From NCBI GenBank assembly GCA_018715625.1, contig DVLG01000071.1, forward strand, positions 16,442-48,441: a DNA stretch of 32,000 nt. The letters run 5' to 3'. This DNA comes from Candidatus Scatovivens faecipullorum. Its GTDB lineage: Bacteria; Bacillota; Clostridia; TANB77; CAG-508. Each line of letters opens with the position of its first letter. Position 1 is the first letter of the stretch. The position numbers and the translations under genes were made by a program. This document shows positions 26,086-32,000 of the stretch, in pieces. The notes under the pieces were generated by a model. The model was not told where the DNA came from. It made no database searches and saw only the letters and a program-made list of their open reading frames with translations.

Positions 26086-27108
26086 ATGGATAACTCTTTA
26101 TTAAAACAAGTTTTAAGAGAATATGATGAAAAAAGAACTAGAGCAATTTTAGAAGCAGAAAATAGAAAAAAAGAACTATTAAAAGTAAATCCAAAACTTT
26201 TAGAAATTGAAAATGAACTATCTAGAATTTCTATTGAAACTTCAAAAGCTATTCTTTTAGCACCTCAAAAGCAAAAAAATTCTTTAATATCTGAATTAAA
26301 ACGAAAGACAACAACTTTGATAAAAGAGAAAAACAATTTTATAAAAAATCTTTCTAAAGAAAATAATTATTTAAATCCACATTTTGATTGTAAAATGTGT
26401 AAAGATACTGGTTTTGTTCAAAAAGATGGTTCAGCTATAATGTGTTCTTGCTTAAAACAAAGGATTTTCGATATAGCTTATAATAAATCAAATATGGGAA
26501 ACTTAGAAAGAGAAAACTTTTCTAATTTTAATATAAGAATTTTTTCTGATAAACCAGATAAAGAAAAATATAAATCTGAAATTTCACCTCGTGAAAATAT
26601 TCAAATAATTAGAGAAAAAGCTAAAAATTTTATAGATAATTTTGATAACCCAGAAGAAAAGAATCTTATATTTACTGGAAATACTGGTGTAGGTAAAACT
26701 TTTTTAACAAATTGTATAGCAAATGAAGTATTAAAACTTGGGAAAACAGTATTATATCAAACTGCTCCGGTAATGTTTGATGAAATAAATGACGTAAAAT
26801 TTGGACGTGAAAATGCTAAATTTGATTTATATGAAAATTTATTGAATGTTGATTTACTTATAATAGATGATTTGGGAACTGAAAAAATTTCAGATTCTAA
26901 AATTACAGAATTATTCACTATAATAAATACTAGATTATTAAATCAAAATCACAAAATTACTAAAACTATTATTTCTACAAATTTAAATGTTGATGAATTA
27001 TTTAAAACTTATACAACCAGAATAGGTTCTCGTTTAGCTGGTAGCTATAGATTTCTAAGATTTTTTGGTGAAGATTTAAGATTCAAAAAAAGCAAAAAAG
27101 AAAAATAA
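26086..27108 (+). CDS. DnaI/DnaC-like helicase loader AAA+ ATPase with an N-terminal zinc-ribbon-like motif
   Basis: CKMCKDTGF...CSC, Walker A GNTGVGKTFL, Walker B LLIIDDLG, followed by STN. Confidence 0.8.
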   Translation: MDNSLLKQVLREYDEKRTRAILEAENRKKELLKVNPKLLEIENELSRISIETSKAILLAPQKQKNSLISELKRKTTTLIKEKNNFIKNLSKENNYLNPHFDCKMCKDTGFVQKDGSAIMCSCLKQRIFDIAYNKSNMGNLERENFSNFNIRIFSDKPDKEKYKSEISPRENIQIIREKAKNFIDNFDNPEEKNLIFTGNTGVGKTFLTNCIANEVLKLGKTVLYQTAPVMFDEINDVKFGRENAKFDLYENLLNVDLLIIDDLGTEKISDSKITELFTIINTRLLNQNHKITKTIISTNLNVDELFKTYTTRIGSRLAGSYRFLRFFGEDLRFKKSKKEK

Positions 27109-27153
27109 TAAAATAAATTAATAATAAAAAAACACGTAAATACATACTAAAAT

Positions 27154-27208
27154 AAAAAAGATGTTTAGAAAAATGAATTTTTAGTTCCTAATTCTATTCA
27201 TCTTTTTT
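27154..27208. terminator. Possible bidirectional terminator between the convergent loader gene and the YkgJ-like gene
   Basis: Arms aaaaaagatg / catctttttt with a long 35-nt loop. An alternative inner arm is atgaat/attcat. AT-rich and weak. Confidence 0.3.
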
Positions 27209-27246
27209 ATTACATCAATTTTTCTTATTAGTTTTAGTATTTAATA

Positions 27247-27879
27247 TTAAATTTTGTCTTTCATTTTTTTATTATGCTCTATTATCATTTTTTCAACTTT
27301 AAAAATATTTTTCCTAACTTGAGATTTTAAATTACATTTTTTTAAATTATAGTTTTCAAAAAGAATTTTATAAAATTCTTCTATTTCTTCCTTAGAAAAA
27401 GTATCGTCTATTTTTATTTGAGCCCATTCTAAGAAATTTATCCATTCTATATACATTTCTTTATTTTTTGAATATATTTTATTATTTCCATTAATCCATT
27501 GATTTACTGTTATCTCTTTTGCATCTTCTAATACACATTGTTCTGAATTATAAAAATAATCTCTTTTCAAATTTTCTGGTATCAATGGAAACATTACACA
27601 TTGCATTGGCTTTACTTTATGAATACTACAGCCTTTTATTTTTTCATTATATAAAACACATTGCTTTTCTTTTTTTACTGTTTTTAATACTATTTCAAGC
27701 AAATTACCATATAATCTATCTGTATATTTTTCTAAAAATTCTTTAGTTGTAATATTTAGAAATTTACTAATTTGGCATAAATTTAATGGACTAATTCTTA
27801 TATCTCCTCTATATATACAACATTTTTCACATCTTATACAATCTAACTTGACTTTTGACTTTAATGTTAGTACATCCAT
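27247..27879 (-). CDS. YkgJ-family cysteine-cluster protein (UPF0153)
   Basis: CIRCEKCC motif near the N-terminus and additional Cys (CVLYNEKIKGCSIH). I prefer the ATG at 27879 (MDVLTLKS). Confidence 0.65.
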   Translation of the reverse strand: MDVLTLKSKVKLDCIRCEKCCIYRGDIRISPLNLCQISKFLNITTKEFLEKYTDRLYGNLLEIVLKTVKKEKQCVLYNEKIKGCSIHKVKPMQCVMFPLIPENLKRDYFYNSEQCVLEDAKEITVNQWINGNNKIYSKNKEMYIEWINFLEWAQIKIDDTFSKEEIEEFYKILFENYNLKKCNLKSQVRKNIFKVEKMIIEHNKKMKDKI

Positions 27880-27984
27880 AATTATCTCTCTCAAAATAAA
27901 AATTTATAAAATTTTCACATTTAATAAAAACTTGAAAATTTTCATAATATTATAGAATAAAATTTTTAATTTTTTATACATAAT

Positions 27985-28010
27985 AAAAGTGACTTTTAAA
28001 AGTCACTTTT
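27985..28010 (-). terminator. Terminator palindrome downstream of gyrA
   Basis: Perfect 26-nt palindrome aaaagtgacttttaaaagtcactttt, 7 nt after the gyrA stop. Confidence 0.6.
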
Positions 28011-28016
28011 ATTTTA

Positions 28017-30449
28017 TTATTCCTCTTCTTGTTCAACTATTTTCTCTATACTTACAACTTTTCCATCATTTGTTCTCATCAATGTAACACCTTGTGTTGA
28101 CCTTCCTAGAACACTAATTTCACCAGTATTTAATCTTATAATTGTTCCTGTATCTGTTATAAGCATTATGTCTTCTACTCCTGTTACTATTTTAATTCCC
28201 ACTATTTCTCCTGTTTTTGGTGTTATTTTATAGGTGATAACTCCTCGTCCACCTCTATTTTGTACCCTGTATTCATCAAGTTCTGTTCTTTTTCCAAAAC
28301 CATTTTCTGTAATAGCAAGTAATGTAGCTTTACTTCCTGAAATAATTGGTTCCATTCCAATAATGTAATCTCCTTCATCTAGTCTCATTCCAATTACTCC
28401 TTGCGCTGTTCTTCCTACTGGTCTAACATCTTTTTCGTCAAATGTTATACTCATTCCTTTTCTTGTTACAAGTACAACGTTATCCTCTCCATCTGTCATT
28501 CTAACATCTATTAATTCATCATCTTCTTTTAATGTTATTCCTAATAGCCCTGTTCTTCTATTAGAATCATATTCCGCAAGTGGTGTTTTCTTTATTAAAC
28601 CATTTCTAGTTGCCATTAATAAATATTTTCCTTCTGCAAAATTTTGAATTGGTATTATTGCAGAAATTTTTTCTCCACCTTCTAAGTTTAATAAATTAAC
28701 AATAGCAGTTCCTTTTGCAGTTCTTCCTGCTTCCGGAATTTCAAAACCACGTAATCTATACATTTTTCCTTTATTACTAAAGAATAATATTGTATCATGA
28801 GTAGATGCTGTAAATATCTCTTTAACAAAATCATCCTCTCTTGTTGCAATACCAGTAATGCCTTTTCCTCCTCTTTTTTGGCTTTTATATGTGTCTACTG
28901 GCATTCTCTTAATATATCCTAACCTTGTTAATGCAATTACTGTTTGCTCTTCTTTAATTAAGTCTTCATCTTCAAATTCGCCTTCTGCAGCTGCAATTTT
29001 TGTTAATCTCTCATCACCAAATTTATCTCTTATTTCTAAAAGTTCTGTTTTTATGATATCAAAAACTAGAGATTCACTAGCCAAAATTTCCTTATAATAA
29101 GCAATTAATTTCATAAGTTCTGCATATTCTTCCTCTAGTTTTTCTCTTTGTAAACCAGATAGTCTTTTTAATTGCATATCTAATATTGCTTGAGCTTGTA
29201 TATCTGTTAGTTTAAATCTTTCCATTAATCTTTCTTTTGCATCATCATAAGATTCACGAATTATTTTTATTACTTCATCAATATTATCAATAGCAATTAT
29301 TAAACCTTCTAATATATGTGCTCTTGCTTCAGCTTTATCTAATTCAAATTTAGTTCTTCTTAAAATAACTTCTCTTCTATGTTTTATATATTCTTCTAGA
29401 CATTGTTTTAATGTTAAAATTTTAGGCTCTCCATTTACTAAAGCAAGCATAATAACACCAAAAGTATCTTGCATTTGTGTATGTTTAAATAATTGATTTA
29501 AAATTACTTGAGGTCTAGCATCTCTTTTTAGTTCAATAACTATTCTTACTTTTTCTTTTCTATCAGATTCATCTCTTACTTCAGATATTCCTTCTATTTT
29601 TTTATCTTTTATTAACTCATCTATTTTAATTATTAAGTTTGCTTTATTAACTTGATAAGGAAGTGAAGAAACAATTATTCTTTGTCTATTTCCAGACATT
29701 TCTTCAATTTCAGTTTCTGCTCTTACAGTTATTTTTCCTCTACCTGTTGTATATGCTTCTTTTATTCCCTCTCTTCCAAGTATCATTGCACCTGTTGGAA
29801 AATCTGGACCTTTTATTATATCCATCAATTCTTCATTAGTAACATTATCATCATCTATTACTTTTATTGCTCCATCAATTACTTCAGTTAGATTATGTGG
29901 TGGTATATTTGTTGCCATACCTACAGCTATACCAGAAGACCCATTTATTAATAATGATGGTATTTTTGATGGAAGTACAGTTGGCTCTTGAAGTCTATCA
30001 TCATAGTTTGGCATAAAATCAACTGTGTTTTTTTCAATATCTACTAGCATTTGTTCAGCAATTTTTGACATTCTAGATTCTGTGTACCTCATTGCTGCTG
30101 CTCCATCGCCATCTATTGAACCAAAATTACCATGTCCATCTATTAATGTATATCTCATTGAGAAATCTTGCGCAAGCCTTACCATTGCATCATATACAGA
30201 TGAATCTCCATGTGGATGGTATCTACCTAAAACGGATCCAACAGTATTAGCACATTTTCTATATGGTTTATCTGATGTTATTCCATCTTCATGCATAGAA
30301 TAAAGAATTCTTCTATGTACAGGTTTTAAACCGTCTCTAACATCTGGCAACGCACGAGAAACAATAACACTCATAGCATAATCAATATAAGCTGTTTTCA
30401 TTTCAGTTTCTATGTTTCTTTCAATTATTTTTCCATCTTGCCTTTCCAT
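28017..30449 (-). CDS. gyrA: DNA gyrase subunit A
   Basis: 810 aa. AYIDYAMSVIVSRALPDVRDGLKPVHRRILY, the HPHGDSSVYDAMVRLAQ region, the active-site AAMRYTE, and a GyrA-box-like QKRGGKG in the C-terminal domain. Confidence 0.95.
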   Translation of the reverse strand: MERQDGKIIERNIETEMKTAYIDYAMSVIVSRALPDVRDGLKPVHRRILYSMHEDGITSDKPYRKCANTVGSVLGRYHPHGDSSVYDAMVRLAQDFSMRYTLIDGHGNFGSIDGDGAAAMRYTESRMSKIAEQMLVDIEKNTVDFMPNYDDRLQEPTVLPSKIPSLLINGSSGIAVGMATNIPPHNLTEVIDGAIKVIDDDNVTNEELMDIIKGPDFPTGAMILGREGIKEAYTTGRGKITVRAETEIEEMSGNRQRIIVSSLPYQVNKANLIIKIDELIKDKKIEGISEVRDESDRKEKVRIVIELKRDARPQVILNQLFKHTQMQDTFGVIMLALVNGEPKILTLKQCLEEYIKHRREVILRRTKFELDKAEARAHILEGLIIAIDNIDEVIKIIRESYDDAKERLMERFKLTDIQAQAILDMQLKRLSGLQREKLEEEYAELMKLIAYYKEILASESLVFDIIKTELLEIRDKFGDERLTKIAAAEGEFEDEDLIKEEQTVIALTRLGYIKRMPVDTYKSQKRGGKGITGIATREDDFVKEIFTASTHDTILFFSNKGKMYRLRGFEIPEAGRTAKGTAIVNLLNLEGGEKISAIIPIQNFAEGKYLLMATRNGLIKKTPLAEYDSNRRTGLLGITLKEDDELIDVRMTDGEDNVVLVTRKGMSITFDEKDVRPVGRTAQGVIGMRLDEGDYIIGMEPIISGSKATLLAITENGFGKRTELDEYRVQNRGGRGVITYKITPKTGEIVGIKIVTGVEDIMLITDTGTIIRLNTGEISVLGRSTQGVTLMRTNDGKVVSIEKIVEQEEE

Positions 30450-30485
30450 TTATTAACCTCTTTTCTTATAATTCTTTCCTCTTGC

Positions 30486-30514
30486 ATTATATAAAAATAT
30501 TACTAAAAAATCAA
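30486..30514 (-). promoter_or_regulatory. Putative own sigma-A promoter of gyrA (TTGATT, 17 nt, TATAAT)
   Basis: The minus strand reads ttgatt ttttagtaatattttta tataat. The -10 is at 30486-30491 and the -35 at 30509-30514. Confidence 0.5.
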
Positions 30515-30515
30515 G

Positions 30516-30556
30516 AAAAAACGGCAAAAACTTGCTTATTTTTTACCGTTTTTTTG
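30516..30556. terminator. Intrinsic terminator insulating gyrA from the upstream gene
   Basis: 15-nt arms aaaaaacggcaaaaa / tttttaccgtttttt (one mismatch) with a 9-nt loop. T-runs on both strands. Confidence 0.6.
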
Positions 30557-30664
30557 TTTAACTTTTATTTAATTACTTAGAGTTTTTTCTTCTAAATCTT
30601 CAAACATTTCTTCTGTTTAATTAATAAAAAAATATTTTAGTCAAAATTATTGAATTTTAATTAA

Positions 30665-31405
30665 TTATAATTTTTCGGCAAGCATTATTTCTTCTTCAGT
30701 AATATCAAAATTCTTTCCATTATTTTTTATTAAATTATGTAAGTTTTCTATTTTTCTTGCCTCATTTATTATATTTTCTAAAGGAATTGTTTTTGATAAA
30801 TAATTTTTTATATTTTTATATGCTTTTTCCATCTCAGAAAAGTCTTTATTTCCGTAAGATAGGTTCCATTTTTCACAATAATTTTCTAATTTCTCAACCG
30901 CTTTTATTTGATTTGTGAGGGTTTCTTCTATTTTGTTACTTATGGAACTTATTATAGTATTCTTTCCTTTTTTTATCATATTTGAAATATTATTATCTAT
31001 TAAATTCTTTTTTTTAGCAAAATTAAGAGCTAAATCAAATAATTCTGAAATTTTATCTAATATCCCTCCATTTTTTACTGCAAGTTGTATTTGAGAAACA
31101 TTTTCAAAATTTCCTGTTATGATGCCTAAAGCACTTTTTCCAAAATTAATTCCTGAATTAATAATTTCTTTTATTCCTTCTTTAAAACCTTGTTCTAAAA
31201 TTGCATCTTTAATATCTATTATTTGATCTTCTATTAAGTCTGGTAATACCGCTTTTAATCCTATATCTACTGCCATATTTACTGCTTTTCCAATATCTGA
31301 TTCTAAAAAAGTTTTTTGTGCTTCAAAAATTTTTTCACCTAAACTTTGATTTATATTTTGCTCTACTTTTTTTTCTTCACTTAATTCTATTTCTACTTCT
31401 TTCAT
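30665..31405 (-). CDS. Hypothetical helical protein (246 aa from Met18 of the track ORF)
   Basis: GAAAGG SD 5 nt before the ATG at 31405 (MKEVEIELSEEKK...). Earlier ATGs at 31447 and 31456 would overlap the upstream gene. No family recognised. Confidence 0.6.
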   Translation of the reverse strand: MKEVEIELSEEKKVEQNINQSLGEKIFEAQKTFLESDIGKAVNMAVDIGLKAVLPDLIEDQIIDIKDAILEQGFKEGIKEIINSGINFGKSALGIITGNFENVSQIQLAVKNGGILDKISELFDLALNFAKKKNLIDNNISNMIKKGKNTIISSISNKIEETLTNQIKAVEKLENYCEKWNLSYGNKDFSEMEKAYKNIKNYLSKTIPLENIINEARKIENLHNLIKNNGKNFDITEEEIMLAEKL

Positions 31406-31415
31406 ATTTTCCTTT

Positions 31416-32000
31416 CTAAATTTTTTTATAAATTTTTTCGTATTCATTTTTTTCAATGTTTTTAAAGTTATTTGTATTTATTAAATTATTATACTGTTCA
31501 CTATATTTTATATTTCCTATTATCTCAAAATTTGAAAACAATTCTTCTAAAATGCTTTCAGCCAATTGATATTTGTTAGTTTTATTAAAAACAATTTTTA
31601 TTTTATCTATCTCTATATTAAAATCTTTTAAAAAAATTTCTAAAATATTATTTGTCTTTTTTATTTCTATTAAATTAGGTTCTAATAAAAAAATTATTTT
31701 ATTTGATGATATTAAAATTGTCTTAATAAATTTATATTTAATATTCGAAGTTAAATCTAAAATTATATATTCAAAATTATTTTTTATTTCTTTCAAAAAA
31801 TTAGATAATTTATAATTTTCTATTTCTCCGTTTTGGTCAAAAAAAATATCAATTCTATAAAATAAATTTAAATTTTTTTCTAATTTAATTATTAAATTTT
31901 TATAATTAATTTCATCTATTTTTTTATAAGATTTTTTTATATTAAAAATTGTCTTTATTGAAGAACTAAAATAATAGAAATAAAAAAGACAAATAATATT
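31416..32000 (-). CDS. ParA/MinD/CpaE-like P-loop ATPase, C-terminal part only (5'-partial; frame stays open to the window end)
   Basis: I extended the frame upstream of the track start (TTG at 31796) and found no stop up to 32000: NIICLFYF...DEINYKNLIIKLEKNLNLFYRIDIFFDQNGE... The segment FEYIILDLTSN...ILISSNKIIFLLEPNLIEIKKTNNILEIF...IKIVFNK fits the Walker B and downstream pattern of MinD/ParA-type proteins. The Walker A would lie outside the window. Confidence 0.45.
   Translation of the reverse strand, partial: NIICLFYFYYFSSSIKTIFNIKKSYKKIDEINYKNLIIKLEKNLNLFYRIDIFFDQNGEIENYKLSNFLKEIKNNFEYIILDLTSNIKYKFIKTILISSNKIIFLLEPNLIEIKKTNNILEIFLKDFNIEIDKIKIVFNKTNKYQLAESILEELFSNFEIIGNIKYSEQYNNLINTNNFKNIEKNEYEKIYKKI

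Noticed and set aside
1-32000. CRISPR arrays, tRNA/rRNA/tmRNA/RNase P genes, known riboswitches (checked the leaders of ORF98, murA, ABC-F and pcrA), and IS elements
   Set aside because: I saw no regularly spaced direct repeats, no GC-rich cloverleaf-like segments, and no recognisable conserved riboswitch cores or transposase ORFs. The only GC-enriched non-coding patches are the inverted repeats at 12316-12347 and 12690-12753 and the terminator at 20067-20095, which are described above.

Overview
AT-rich (about 25-35% GC by eye) chromosomal segment from a spore-forming low-GC Firmicute, Clostridia-like (spoIIR, murA, tex, pcrA, gyrA, a DnaD/DnaI-type helicase-loader pair). I support about 27 protein genes plus several promoters and intrinsic terminators. 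I saw no rRNA, tRNA, CRISPR array, IS element, integrase or relaxase. Most of the window is housekeeping. What stands out: (1) The left edge carries a minus-strand gene that is missing from the ORF track because it runs off the window. It is an in-frame fusion of a UDP-sugar pyrophosphorylase and a phosphohexomutase, and its native start is knocked out of frame by one extra base after codon 17. (2) A 98-aa ORF is driven by a near-consensus promoter. Its 5' UTR has a perfect 17-nt reverse complement in its 3' UTR, plus a second 12-nt complement sitting in a hairpin loop and competing local hairpins. This suggests either a fold-back RNA switch or an invertible DNA segment. (3) An intact, translationally coupled operon encodes a type IV coupling protein and VirB2-, VirB6- and VirB3/PrgI-like membrane proteins. 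No VirB4 ATPase, relaxase or integrase occurs anywhere in the 32 kb. (4) A secreted SleB/CwlJ-like cell-wall hydrolase gene has clearly GC3-richer codon usage than its neighbours. (5) A 37-aa hydrophobic, Lys-rich mini-ORF with an AGGAGG Shine-Dalgarno (SD) site lies antisense in the 3' UTR of the convergent operon, as in a type I toxin. (6) Smaller items are a membrane-anchored transglutaminase-like Cys-His-Asp protein, a 604-aa coiled-coil protein coupled to pcrA, and gyrA separated from gyrB. I cannot show from sequence alone that any of these is a new system. Items (2) and (3) are the best candidates. All family calls rest on motif recognition by eye, with no database searches.
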